Below the pieces are notes generated by a model, which saw only the letters and a list, made by a program, of their open reading frames with translations, ran no database searches and was not told the DNA's origin. A stretch of 62,701 bases of DNA from assembly GCA_012799095.1 (NCBI GenBank), contig JAAZLX010000151.1, positions 1-62,701 of the forward strand, given 5' to 3'. A program made the position numbers and the translations under genes. This document shows, piece by piece, positions 18,953 to 29,200 of the stretch. Within the stretch, counting starts at the first letter, position 1. Every line of letters begins with the position of its first letter. Source of the stretch: Tissierellia bacterium. Its GTDB lineage: Bacteria; Bacillota; Clostridia; Peptostreptococcales; Acidaminobacteraceae.

Positions 18953-19510
18953 ATGACAGCCAAACAATCGATCCATCGTGCTTTTCGTGCACTTCTCAAA
19001 CAACTGCCACTCAGTCGGATCACTATCACCCAGATCTGTGATGAAGCGAATGTCAATCGTCAGACTTTTTATTATCACTATCAGGACATCCTTCACTTGG
19101 TCAAGGCGATCCTGTTCGAGGAAATCAGTGATGAAATTGCCAAGGGTCGAGCCTATGACACATGGAAACATGGCTTTTTGACGGCAACTACTTTTTTTCG
19201 CGATCATCACGCTGAATTCATGAATATTTATTATTCGAATTACTGGGAGGAAATCAACCGCCATTTTAGTCAACTATCTCATCAGTTGTTAACCGGCGTG
19301 ATCGAAGAGTGCCTGAAAACAAATGCCTATCGGGTGAGTGAACAAGACAAAGACTTTATCATTCGTTTTTATCGACTGGCCTTTAACGGGGTGATGTCGG
19401 AGTGGGTGACCGAAGGTATGTCCAACTCACCGGAGGAATTATTAGCTCAACTCGAAAAAGTGGTTGACGGGACAATGTGTACGGCGTTGAGTCGCTTTAG
19501 CAAACGTTAG
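18953..19510 (+). CDS. TetR/AcrR family transcriptional regulator
   Basis: N-terminal HTH (ITITQICDEANVNRQTFYYHYQD), as in the DhaS-like TetR subgroup. Confidence 0.8.
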   Translation: MTAKQSIHRAFRALLKQLPLSRITITQICDEANVNRQTFYYHYQDILHLVKAILFEEISDEIAKGRAYDTWKHGFLTATTFFRDHHAEFMNIYYSNYWEEINRHFSQLSHQLLTGVIEECLKTNAYRVSEQDKDFIIRFYRLAFNGVMSEWVTEGMSNSPEELLAQLEKVVDGTMCTALSRFSKR

Positions 19511-19555
19511 ACATTTGATGGTGATTGTCTAAGGATATTCTGTTGAGAATCATTT

Positions 19556-19596
19556 AACATGGTAATAACGAAAGTTACTACCATGTTTTCTTTTTG
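19556..19596 (+). terminator. Rho-independent terminator
   Basis: Long interrupted stem (AACATGGTA...TACCATGTT) with a GAAA loop, followed by TTTTCTTTTT. Confidence 0.7.
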
Positions 19597-19705
19597 AAAA
19601 AAACTCAGTGGTAGATCAAACTGACGAAACTATCTCAATACTGCTCAAAGCAAGGTATACTTACGCTTTCCAGGCGAGAAGAGCCTGGCAGACTAGGAGG
19701 ACCAA

Positions 19706-22444
19706 TTGTCAAGAACGATCCCCTTTGCAACGGATTACTCTCCGACCCGACGTTCGCAAATCCTGTTGGACTTTGCCAATCACATCAATCGAACCAAGCC
19801 CGGCTCGAAAGGTGCGCTGACTTTTGAGGACCCGGAATACTATGTCATGGAAAACATCGTCAATGATGACATGGCCAAAGTAGGCATGGGTGCGATGTTT
19901 AAAACTCATCGGAACGCACAGGAAATAGCTGATGCGACCGGCATCCCGCTGGAAGAAACCAAGCATCATCTTGAAGCTTTAATGGATGCAGGAGCGATGT
20001 TCTGGGAAAACGTGGATGGCGTGGATGAATACTGGCTGGAAGTCTGGGTGCCAGGTCACATGGAAATGATTGCCAATAACCGAAAGAACACGTCAAAGTA
20101 TCCAGAGATCGCCTATGCGTTTGATGCTTATGGCAAGAAAAAAGGCTTGATCGCTCCCGGGGTTATGCCGATGGGAATGACTCCAATGCGAGTTATTCCG
20201 ATCGAATCAGCCATCGATAGCAATTCCAGACGGGCCAGCTTTGAAGAAATCTCACATTACCTCGATGCTCATTCTGTTTTTTCGGTATCAGACTGTTCAT
20301 GTCGAACCGTACGTGAAGTCATGCATGAAGGTTGCGGACATCTCAAAGAGGAAATGTGCATCCAATTAGGTTATGCGGCTGAGTATTACATAAGGACCGG
20401 ACGCGGTCGTTCGATCGATCGGGAAGAAGCTAAAGAAATTCTTTTGAAAGCCGAAGCCAATGGATTGATGCATCAGATTCCCAACATGGATGGTTCAGGA
20501 GAGACACATGCCATCTGTAACTGCTGCGGATGCAGTTGTCTGGCGCTTCGCAACGCAACTATGTTTGGAAATCCTGACTTTAGCCGCTCGAATTATGTGG
20601 CTGTAATCGATGAGGACAAGTGTGTTGCCTGCGGTGAATGTGTTGAAAACTGTCCCGTCAACGCCCTGAAACTCGGACAAAAGGTTAAATCCAGGACCCC
20701 ACTGCCAAAGGTCGACCCGCACCAGGATCGGCCGGATAATACGGCTTGGGGGGTCGAGAAATGGGATCCGGATTACCGGATCAATCGACAGGTCGTTATG
20801 AGTTCAGGCACCAGTCCGTGTAAATCGGAGTGTCCGGCTCATATCGGGATTCAGGGTTATATCAAGCTGGCTTCAGAGGGTCGCTATCGTGACGCCTTGG
20901 AATTGATCAAACAGGAAAATCCCTTCCCGGCAGTTTGTGGTCATATTTGTCCACGCTATTGTGAAAAAGCCTGTACCAGAAACTCGGTCGATGAATCGGT
21001 CGCAGTCGATGAAATAAAGCGCTTTATTGCCGAACAGGACATGAAGGAAGAACATCGCTTCGTACCGCAAAAGAAACATGACTATAGTGATATAAAAGTG
21101 GCAATCGTCGGGGCCGGTCCGGCGGGACTGTCTTGTGCCTACTATCTGGCGATCGATAACTATGATGTCACAGTCTTTGAAAAAGAAGAGGCACTCGGCG
21201 GTATGTTGACCTGGGGTATTCCCAACTTCCGTTTGGAGCGGTCAGTCATTGAGTCGGAGATCGATGTATTACGTGAGCTTGGCGTCAAGTTTCAAACCGG
21301 AGTCGAAATCGGTAACGACATAACCCTGAATGAACTGCGTTCTCAAGGATTCAAAGCCTTTTATTTGGCGATCGGTGCCCAGGGAGGAAGACGACTGAAC
21401 ATTGAAGGTGAGGACGCTCAAGGAGTCATGACCGGGATCGATTTTTTACGCCGAGTCAACCAGAGCGAGGAACAAATGCTTACGGGTCACACCATTGTCA
21501 TCGGTGGCGGAAATGTCGCGATCGATGTCGCAAGAACGGCTATCCGGGCTGGTTCCGAAGATGTACGTATGCTTTGTCTCGAGCAGCCGGAAGAGATGCC
21601 GGCCTTGCCTGAAGAGATCCGGGAAGCGAGTCAAGAAGGCATCGTGATCGAAAACGGCTGGGGGCCAAAACGGATCGTGACCCGTGATGGGCACGTGGTT
21701 GGTGTTGAATTCAAAAAATGTCTCCGGGTCTTTGATGAAGACCATCGCTTCCGTCCGATGTTTGATGAGGAGTCGAGCTATTTTATCGAAGCTGATAATG
21801 TGCTCATTTCAGTCGGTCAATCGATCGAATGGGGAAATCTGTTAGACGGCTCAAACGCCAAGTGTAATCCCAATCAGACGATCCAGGCGGATGCCACGAC
21901 CCTTCAAACAGCTCAAAGTGATCTATTTGTGGGTGGTGATGCTTATACCGGCCCCAAGTTTGCTATTGATGCAGTTGCTCAGGGAAAAGAAGGCGCGATC
22001 TCGATTCATCGTTTTGTCCATCCGGGGCAAGATTTGCTGTTGGGACGAACCAAGCGCGACTATCGGGCGTTTGATCAAGCCAATGTCGATCTGAGCGGAT
22101 TTGATATGAAGCCACGTCAGCAAGCTTATGCAGTCCATGATGATTCGACCCGAAAAAGCTTCCGTGATTTCTCCAAAAGCTTTACACCGGAGCAGATCCT
22201 ACAGGAAAGTGATCGCTGTTTAAGTTGTGGCCGGGTGTATGTCGACCCGTATGTTTGTGTTGGATGCGGTCAATGCACTACCAAATGTAAATTCGATGCG
22301 ATTCATTTGGAAAAAGTGACTGATGTCGAAGGCACCCATGTGACAAAGCTAAAGCCGTATGTAATTCGAAATGTCTTAAAAACCAAAAGCAAGCGGTTCA
22401 TTCATCAGACCAAGAAGCGACTGATGGGTGAGCGGAATGCATGA
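19706..22444 (+). CDS. Multidomain Fe-S flavoprotein: Cys-rich N-domain, ferredoxin domains and a GltD-like NAD(P)H/FAD oxidoreductase
   Basis: TTG start behind AGGAGG. Motifs: CSCRT...CNCCGCSC, CVACGECVENCP, a GltD-type Cys cluster (CPAHIGIQGY...CGHICPRYCEKAC), dinucleotide fold VAIVGAGPAGLSCAYYL, and C-terminal CVGCGQCTTKC. Confidence 0.75.
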   Translation: MSRTIPFATDYSPTRRSQILLDFANHINRTKPGSKGALTFEDPEYYVMENIVNDDMAKVGMGAMFKTHRNAQEIADATGIPLEETKHHLEALMDAGAMFWENVDGVDEYWLEVWVPGHMEMIANNRKNTSKYPEIAYAFDAYGKKKGLIAPGVMPMGMTPMRVIPIESAIDSNSRRASFEEISHYLDAHSVFSVSDCSCRTVREVMHEGCGHLKEEMCIQLGYAAEYYIRTGRGRSIDREEAKEILLKAEANGLMHQIPNMDGSGETHAICNCCGCSCLALRNATMFGNPDFSRSNYVAVIDEDKCVACGECVENCPVNALKLGQKVKSRTPLPKVDPHQDRPDNTAWGVEKWDPDYRINRQVVMSSGTSPCKSECPAHIGIQGYIKLASEGRYRDALELIKQENPFPAVCGHICPRYCEKACTRNSVDESVAVDEIKRFIAEQDMKEEHRFVPQKKHDYSDIKVAIVGAGPAGLSCAYYLAIDNYDVTVFEKEEALGGMLTWGIPNFRLERSVIESEIDVLRELGVKFQTGVEIGNDITLNELRSQGFKAFYLAIGAQGGRRLNIEGEDAQGVMTGIDFLRRVNQSEEQMLTGHTIVIGGGNVAIDVARTAIRAGSEDVRMLCLEQPEEMPALPEEIREASQEGIVIENGWGPKRIVTRDGHVVGVEFKKCLRVFDEDHRFRPMFDEESSYFIEADNVLISVGQSIEWGNLLDGSNAKCNPNQTIQADATTLQTAQSDLFVGGDAYTGPKFAIDAVAQGKEGAISIHRFVHPGQDLLLGRTKRDYRAFDQANVDLSGFDMKPRQQAYAVHDDSTRKSFRDFSKSFTPEQILQESDRCLSCGRVYVDPYVCVGCGQCTTKCKFDAIHLEKVTDVEGTHVTKLKPYVIRNVLKTKSKRFIHQTKKRLMGERNA

Positions 22445-22811
22445 ACTGGGAATCATGTTCGAGGTGATTAAACGGGTCGAGGCGGTAGCAAAACAGCATC
22501 AAGTCGATCGAGTCGAAAAAATTGTGCTTCAGGTGGGCGAAATCGCCACCGTTATTCCTCATTTTTTACGCGAGTGTTATCCAGTGGCTGTCGACCGGAC
22601 CGACTTTGTTGATACGGAATTGGTGATCGAAATGATACCGGCTAATGGTTGCTGTCGTCAGTGCGATATCGTATATCACCTGATGAAGGATGAGGGCCGT
22701 TGTCCCAACTGTCATCAGATGAACTTTGATGAACTGAGTGGTCGGGAATTCTCAATTAAAGAAATAGTTGTGGCTGAAGGAGGAAAAAATGGATCAAGTC
22801 CGAATTATTGA
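22437..22811 (+). CDS. hypA: Nickel metallochaperone HypA
   Basis: N-terminal MHE nickel motif and zinc site CRQC...CPNC. The ATG at 22437 overlaps the upstream stop by 8 nt. Confidence 0.85.
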   Translation: MHELGIMFEVIKRVEAVAKQHQVDRVEKIVLQVGEIATVIPHFLRECYPVAVDRTDFVDTELVIEMIPANGCCRQCDIVYHLMKDEGRCPNCHQMNFDELSGREFSIKEIVVAEGGKNGSSPNY

Positions 22812-23454
22812 AATAAAAGAAGGGGTATTCGAACAGAACAATCAAAAGGCACAGGAATTGCGTGATAGTCTGAAGCAGGAAAAAGTATTTCTGTTGAACC
22901 TGATGAGTGCACCCGGGTCGGGTAAAACCACCACCTTGGTACAAACGATCAAAGGGCTGCAGGATGAAATGAAAATTGGGATCATGGAGGCGGATATCGA
23001 TTCCGATGTTGATGCCCGGACCATTCAACAAACCGGTGCTCGAGTGGTACAACTCCACACCGGAGGGATGTGCCATCTGGATGCCGAAATGACCCGTCAG
23101 GGAATCGATGCTCTGGGCCGCGAAGACCTCGACCTGATCGTGCTGGAAAATGTCGGCAACCTGGTATGTCCGGCGGAGTTTGATACCGGTTCGACCAAGA
23201 ATGCCATGATTTTAAGTGTCCCGGAAGGAGACGACAAGCCCTTGAAGTATCCTCTGATGTTTGCTGTTGCCGATGTGGTCTTAGTCAACAAGATGGATGT
23301 AGCTGAGCATTTTGACTTTGATTTGGAGCGATTTAAAGACAATGTTCGACTTAGAAATCCGGAGGCGATCATACTTCCTATATCAGCCCGCACGGGAGAA
23401 GGCATGGAACCCTGGCTTGATTGGCTACGCCAGCAGATCGAGCGACAGCAATAG
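22789..23454 (+). CDS. hypB: Nickel-incorporation GTPase HypB
   Basis: P-loop SAPGSGKTT, metal site GGMCH and ENVGNLVCPAEFD, NKMD motif. I chose the ATG at 22789 behind GGAGG. It overlaps the hypA 3' end. Confidence 0.85.
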   Translation: MDQVRIIEIKEGVFEQNNQKAQELRDSLKQEKVFLLNLMSAPGSGKTTTLVQTIKGLQDEMKIGIMEADIDSDVDARTIQQTGARVVQLHTGGMCHLDAEMTRQGIDALGREDLDLIVLENVGNLVCPAEFDTGSTKNAMILSVPEGDDKPLKYPLMFAVADVVLVNKMDVAEHFDFDLERFKDNVRLRNPEAIILPISARTGEGMEPWLDWLRQQIERQQ

Positions 23455-23458
23455 AAAT

Positions 23459-23480
23459 ACGGCCTGAGGGCCGTTTTTTC
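23459..23480 (+). terminator. Rho-independent terminator
   Basis: ACGGCC-TGAG-GGCCGT followed by T6. Confidence 0.8.
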
Positions 23481-23569
23481 GTGAGGATATTGCTCTAACC
23501 AGTGATAAAATAAGCCTGAGAGTATCAGACGTTTCAGTGATGGATTTGTTAGCTATAGGAAAATGAAAA

Positions 23570-24154
23570 ATGAGAATGGAAGCTTTACAAGTATATTTAC
23601 GCGACATGGTGCCGGACGATATCAGTATGCGGCGCCACTGGGAGCTGGTCGATACCGAATGGAAAGAGTGGGATGCCCCCTGGGAATATGTTGATCTGGA
23701 TCAGACAGAACTGGAACTTGAAAGTCAGGGGTATATACAGTCGCTTATCCGGAGAATGCAGCGGCTCAATTCAGATGAGAAAGGATTTCGATCCGGCTTT
23801 GAGATCATTCACAAACAAAACGATCGCCATATCGGCTGGGTCAACAGTTATGAAATCGATCATCAATTCGAGTGGACACCGGGCATCAATGTCCATGGAA
23901 TAGCCATTGGCGTAGTCATTCCATCACGATCCGACCGGGGGCACGGCTTAGGGCAGGAAGCACTGCAAGCTTTTTTGACTTATTTCCGAAAAATCGGATA
24001 TAAGGAAGTCTATTGTCAGACCTGGTCAGGCAATCTGCCGATGGTTCGACTGGCTCAAAAGGTGGGTTTTCGAGAAGTCGAACGAAAAAGACGGGCCCGT
24101 TATGTCAGGGGAGAAAGATACGACGCGATTACCTACCGGATCGAATTGGATTGA
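23570..24154 (+). CDS. GNAT family N-acetyltransferase
   Basis: Acetyl-CoA binding region RGHGLGQEALQAFL and a RimJ/RimL-like C-terminal part. Confidence 0.7.
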   Translation: MRMEALQVYLRDMVPDDISMRRHWELVDTEWKEWDAPWEYVDLDQTELELESQGYIQSLIRRMQRLNSDEKGFRSGFEIIHKQNDRHIGWVNSYEIDHQFEWTPGINVHGIAIGVVIPSRSDRGHGLGQEALQAFLTYFRKIGYKEVYCQTWSGNLPMVRLAQKVGFREVERKRRARYVRGERYDAITYRIELD

Positions 24155-24160
24155 GCGACA

Positions 24161-24186
24161 AAAGCAGCCGAAGGGCTGTTTTTTCC
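24161..24186. terminator. Bidirectional terminator between convergent genes
   Basis: AAAGCAGCC-GAAG-GGCTGTTTT, with a T-run 3' and an A-run 5'. Confidence 0.7.
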
Positions 24187-24214
24187 TTAACAGAAAAATC
24201 CGGGCAACCCCGGA

Positions 24215-24709
24215 TCATTCGAATAATCGTTTATAGTGTGGCGTCAGCCTTTCCCGCTGATATGGGATCATCTCTTTGTGAAAGAAATCAGCGAAAGCTG
24301 CCGGATCGATCCAACGATAGTCGATCGTCTCGCCGGCCTGCAGGACGATCTGATCTTTCGGCCAGTCTGTCAGACAAAAAAAACTGACAAAAATTGCTCC
24401 GACATCGGTCAACTGACGGCCCAACTCAGACAACTCACCTGAGGTGATGCCGGTTTCTTCGGCTAACTCCCTGCAGGCGGCTTCACGAGCGGTTTCTCCT
24501 TTTAACGCACTGCCTGAAGCAGACACTTCATACCATCCGGGAAATATCTGTTTGGTATGATCCCGTTGGACCAGTAAAAAGGTACCGTCAACATGACGGA
24601 CGATCACTTCCACAACCAAATGGTAATAACCCTCAGGTATCTCGCGATCTCGGATCAGGTCGAATCCGGCCAGGCTGCCATCGGCGTATCGGGCGTCCCA
24701 TAACTCCAT
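24215..24709 (-). CDS. NUDIX hydrolase
   Basis: Nudix box GETAREAACRELAEETGI. The start overlaps the upstream stop (TGATG). Confidence 0.8.
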   Translation of the reverse strand: MELWDARYADGSLAGFDLIRDREIPEGYYHLVVEVIVRHVDGTFLLVQRDHTKQIFPGWYEVSASGSALKGETAREAACRELAEETGITSGELSELGRQLTDVGAIFVSFFCLTDWPKDQIVLQAGETIDYRWIDPAAFADFFHKEMIPYQRERLTPHYKRLFE

Positions 24710-26118
24710 CAGCGACGCTTCTTTCGTTTGTTCGACTTGAGACGTTGCCGCAAAAATCTCAGGACCAGCGTTCGTAGCAGGAATAGTGGGATCAGTAAAG
24801 CAGCCAGATACAGGCTGAGAGTGAAAATGCTTCGTTTCACTCCGGTATTACCGGCGTCCTCAGGTGGATCAGACGGATCGGCGATCGATTGTTCGCTTGT
24901 TTCAGGCATTTCCGGTTCCGGGATGATCGGTTCCGGTTCGGGCTCAGTAACTACCTGATAAGCGACATTTGGCGCCTGATAGCCGGCCAGATATTCACGC
25001 TCGAGATCGACGATCAATCGACCGGTGTCGGGTCCGGGGTTCGACGGCTGCAGATCAAAGGTAATATCTTGATTCTTGGGCACGGTATCATAAAAATCAT
25101 CTTCGGTAACAATAGTCTGCCCGTTGATGGTATGTTCACCTTTGGGTAAAACCAGGCGGTATTCGTATTCCCGGAAAGCTTTTTCCAATAGAGAGTTGCC
25201 AATCAAGCTACGAACGGTCTCACTCTCTTTGATAAACCAATCGCCCACACCTAACACCACTTCGACCAGGCGGGTGTCGCCTCGTTGAGCTGTTGTGGTG
25301 AAGTTGTAAGCTGCCGGTCCGCTGGAACCTGTTTTCAGACCATCCAGGCCCTCCAGACCGTAGGCTGCCCCTTGCAGGGAGTAATTAAACGTGGTGAAGG
25401 AGTCTTCCAGAGCGGTGCCCGGTCGGACAACCGTGGTCAGTTTGGAAGAATGATTTAACACCCGGGGGAATTCTTTGACCAATTGGCTCGAAAGAATAGC
25501 AAAATCATGCGCGTTAGACTGATTGTCCCCTTCAGGGGGCTTGCCTTCAGGTAAAAAAGGGCCCAATACGGCATTGGGTGCGCCGATGGCATTATGGAAA
25601 TGGGTTTGCTTCATATTTAAATCTTTGGCTGTCTGATTCATCAGATCGACGATCTCACCATGAGTCAGACCCATCTGATAGACCAAAAGCATAGTGCCTG
25701 CAGCAGAGGACGGTATGATCAGTAGGTCGATCAATTCAGATACACTGTACTCGGCATCGACCGGCATCCAGTTATTGCTCAATTCAGTATATGCCGATAG
25801 CTGTGATATTTCCGGCGTGACACGGACCATTGTCTGCTCGTCAAATTCACCCCGGTCGATGGCCTGGTACGCCAGGTACAGCACCATCAACTTGGTCAAC
25901 GAAGCCGGAGCCCATGGTTTATGGATATCTTCAGCCCATATTATTTGAGCGGTTGCTGCATCGACGACGATGGAGCCGCCTTTGGGTTGAAACGCAGGGT
26001 CGACCGGGTAGCCCATCAGATTGGTGATATCGATCGCCGTGTCTGCCATAGCCGGCGAACTCATGATGGGACTGAGCATTACCAGGAGGCATAGCACGAC
26101 AGCCAGAAATTGTTTCAT
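24709..26118 (-). CDS. D-alanyl-D-alanine carboxypeptidase (S11, PBP5-like), membrane anchored
   Basis: Signal peptide, SLTK (SxxK) and KTG motifs, a PEPEP linker and a C-terminal TM anchor with a basic tail. I chose the second ATG (26118) on Shine-Dalgarno spacing. Confidence 0.8.
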   Translation of the reverse strand: MKQFLAVVLCLLVMLSPIMSSPAMADTAIDITNLMGYPVDPAFQPKGGSIVVDAATAQIIWAEDIHKPWAPASLTKLMVLYLAYQAIDRGEFDEQTMVRVTPEISQLSAYTELSNNWMPVDAEYSVSELIDLLIIPSSAAGTMLLVYQMGLTHGEIVDLMNQTAKDLNMKQTHFHNAIGAPNAVLGPFLPEGKPPEGDNQSNAHDFAILSSQLVKEFPRVLNHSSKLTTVVRPGTALEDSFTTFNYSLQGAAYGLEGLDGLKTGSSGPAAYNFTTTAQRGDTRLVEVVLGVGDWFIKESETVRSLIGNSLLEKAFREYEYRLVLPKGEHTINGQTIVTEDDFYDTVPKNQDITFDLQPSNPGPDTGRLIVDLEREYLAGYQAPNVAYQVVTEPEPEPIIPEPEMPETSEQSIADPSDPPEDAGNTGVKRSIFTLSLYLAALLIPLFLLRTLVLRFLRQRLKSNKRKKRR

Positions 26119-26250
26119 AGACATCCTTTCGTGTATTATTACCCCTCTATCTTAATTGAAATAATAGCCGGATACAACCGCTGTCGAGCAGCGGAGAGTG
26201 AAACAACTCAAGAGAGCTATGATACAATTATCGTAATGACAGGAGGCGAT

Positions 26251-29200
26251 GTGAAAGTATATATCGGTCCCGACAGTTTTCTAAAACGAAAACAATTGTT
26301 TCAAGAGATCAATAGAGGTGGTGAGGTCACTGTGATCACCCCGGAGCAAAGTACGCTGGCATATGAATCACAGATGATCCATATGCTGGATCTGCCCGGA
26401 ATGATCGATGTACAGGTGACTAGCCTCAACCATCTATTGACAAAATTAAGTCGTGATATTTTTATTCCGGAGCAGGATCTTATCGGTGATATCGGCAAAA
26501 AGATGCTGTATCGCGACATCATCGACGAACTGGGAGATCGATTGCAGGTGTTTCGCCGGATCGATCAAGCCGGGTTTTATGAAGAGCTCGAGTCGACGAT
26601 CGATCGGTTAAGTCGTGATCAGGTCGGACCTGAGGTCCTGCTTGAGTTGGCTCAGGAGCAAGACAAGAATTCTCTGGTTTATAACAAACTGGTCGATCTC
26701 CACTTGATTTACCAACGGTATCAGGAGCGGATCGGCGGAGAATATTTTGATCAGGAGCAACAACTCCAACTGTTCGAACAACAAGGACATCGTTTCCGGC
26801 TATACAGTCCGGAAGAAGTATGGCTGGTCGATTTTAAACATTTTGATGCCCGAAGCCTGCGTATGCTGAAAGCGATCGATGCTCACACCAAACGGCTGTG
26901 CATCGCTTTGCCATACGAAGCCGATAAACCGTGGATCTATCAGGTGACACATGAAACCCTCGGACTGTTAGCAGATACATTCGGTCCGGTCGAAGTGATC
27001 GAGATAAAAACACCAGAAACGCCGATTCGACGACTGGCGCAAAACCTTCACGCGATCGAACCGGAAACAGTCAATGCCCCGTTTCGAGTGTTTGCTGCTG
27101 AAGATCCCTATGAGGAAGTAGAATTTATCGGACTGGATATCCTTCAAAAACTCCGTCATGATGAGACCTTGTCATTAGAAGATATCCGGATTATTGCGGC
27201 AGATCTCGACAACTATGAATTTACAGTCAAGAGTGTATTCTCTCAACTTGGTCTGCCGGTTTTCAGTGATGATCGCAAATCGATCGTGCAGAACCGGGTG
27301 GTCAAGAGCATCCTGGCTCTGATGAATGTCTACCTCGACGGCTATCGCAGAGAAGATGTCATCAGCTTTTTAAAAGGCTATTTGAGTGAAGAAGCCTGGG
27401 ATGATCTGGATGTATTTGAAAACTACCTGATCGAAACCGGAGTCAATCAGAAACGTTTTCGTGAGCCTTTGGCTGATGAAGACATGGAAGCCATGCGGCT
27501 CAAGTTTCTTGATCAGGTCATCAAAAGCGAAGCGTACTTCAAACAGCGCCATACCATCGGAGAATATTGTGATGGACTCAGGGAACTGTTTGTTATGCTG
27601 CGCTATCCGGAACGGATCGAACAGGCGGTCAAGATCCACGAACAACGGTCGGAAACCGAGGAAATGCTGATCATCACCCAGGTGTGGAACTTGTTGATCG
27701 AAGCCTTGGCTCAACTCAAGAAAGTCGCCGGTGATAAAAAGATCGGCTTTCGCCAGTACAAGGGCTATTTTGACTCAGCCATCAAAGATCTGAATGTCGG
27801 GATCATCCCTCCGGTCGAGGGACGTATCACCTTGGCGACCCTGCATCGCAGTACCCATGCACCGTGCCGGGTGATGTATTTTTGCGGGATGGCAGAAGGC
27901 GTAGTCCCAAGGGATTACCTCGATACAGGCCTACTAAAGCATCAAGAGAAATACCGGATCAAAGACTTCGGCTATCGTTATTTTGATACACCGGAATTCA
28001 ATGAAAATCTCGATATATTGGATCAGTTTATCGCCTTGTCTCTGGTAGAGGATGAGTTGGTCTTTTCGTATGCCGGAGGTAATTACACTTCTGAAACCAT
28101 GACCCCTTCCCTGTATATCAACCGGGCGATCGGCTTGACCGGAGCAACTATAGAGCGAGGATTGCAGCATCATTATCAGGAACATCCTGACACGGCATTT
28201 CGCTATGCCGTCGAAGCCATTCGGGAAGGTCGCAGAGAACGCATCCATCAGGTCACTCAAGCTGAGATCGATCAGATCCAACAAAACCTGCTTAGTCCGG
28301 TCGAGACACCGCCAATCGACCGAAAGGAACGAAAAACTGTAGCCAGTGCCTCTCGCCTGGAAAAGTTTCGCCGCTGTCCCTACAGCTATTTTGTGACCTA
28401 TGACCTAAAGCCGACCATTCGACGGGAGTTTGTAGTCGAGCATTTTGATATCGGTGATCTGTATCATCTGTTGATCCAACGGGCACTTGAGGCGTATCAT
28501 GAACAACGTGTCACCCGTCGATCAATGGTGGAGTGGATCGAGGTCGAGATGGCCAATATCCTCCAGCTGGAGCAATTTGAGCGATTTTCACATACGGCTG
28601 CCAGCCGGTATTTCATTGAGCGGGCCAAACGGATCGCAAACTTTGTCATCGGTGTTTTGATCGACAATATAGAAAGAAGTGAATTTGTCCCGACCTATTT
28701 TGAGAAGACGATACAGGTCGGCTTGGATAAATTTGATCTGAGAGGAAAAATCGACCGGATCGATATCAAGGACAACCGCTTTACGGTGATCGATTATAAA
28801 ACGGGATCCAAGACGTTTGATCTCAACAGCATCTATCAGGGGATCGATCTTCAATTGACCCTGTATGCCGACGCCTTCCGGGCAGAACAGAGCCTTGAGC
28901 CGGCCGGACTGTTTTATTTTAATATCAAAGATCCGATCGTCGACCAGGCCAAAGACCGGGAAAAAGAACTCCGTCTCAGTGGGATCACAGCCGGTGACAT
29001 TACCGGACTGGATACCGGTGGGGATGTTCCTTTTTTGCCGACTGAACACATCAGCGATGACATGATGGATCGCTTGACCAAGCGGGTCCGGCGGATCAGT
29101 CAGACGTATATTGACCGGATCGATCGGGGGGAGATCACGATCAAGCCGATCCGAACGACCTACCTGGCTTGTGATTACTGTGAATACAGTGCTATCTGTC

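Noticed and set aside
18492-18956. 154-aa plus-strand ORF bridging the ABC operon 3' end and the TetR gene
   Set aside because: It overlaps the ATPase gene, the small membrane ORF and the operon terminator in another frame. It has no Shine-Dalgarno, so it is an artefact of an open frame.
26110-26250. N-terminal extensions proposed by the ORF track. This applies to addB at 26110, and similarly to 7139, 11295, 22428, 22768, 31156, 41336, 48262, 53091, 60429 and 61374
   Set aside because: In each case an internal start codon has a proper GGAGG-type Shine-Dalgarno at 4-10 nt, and it matches where homologous proteins begin. The extensions overlap upstream genes or promoters.
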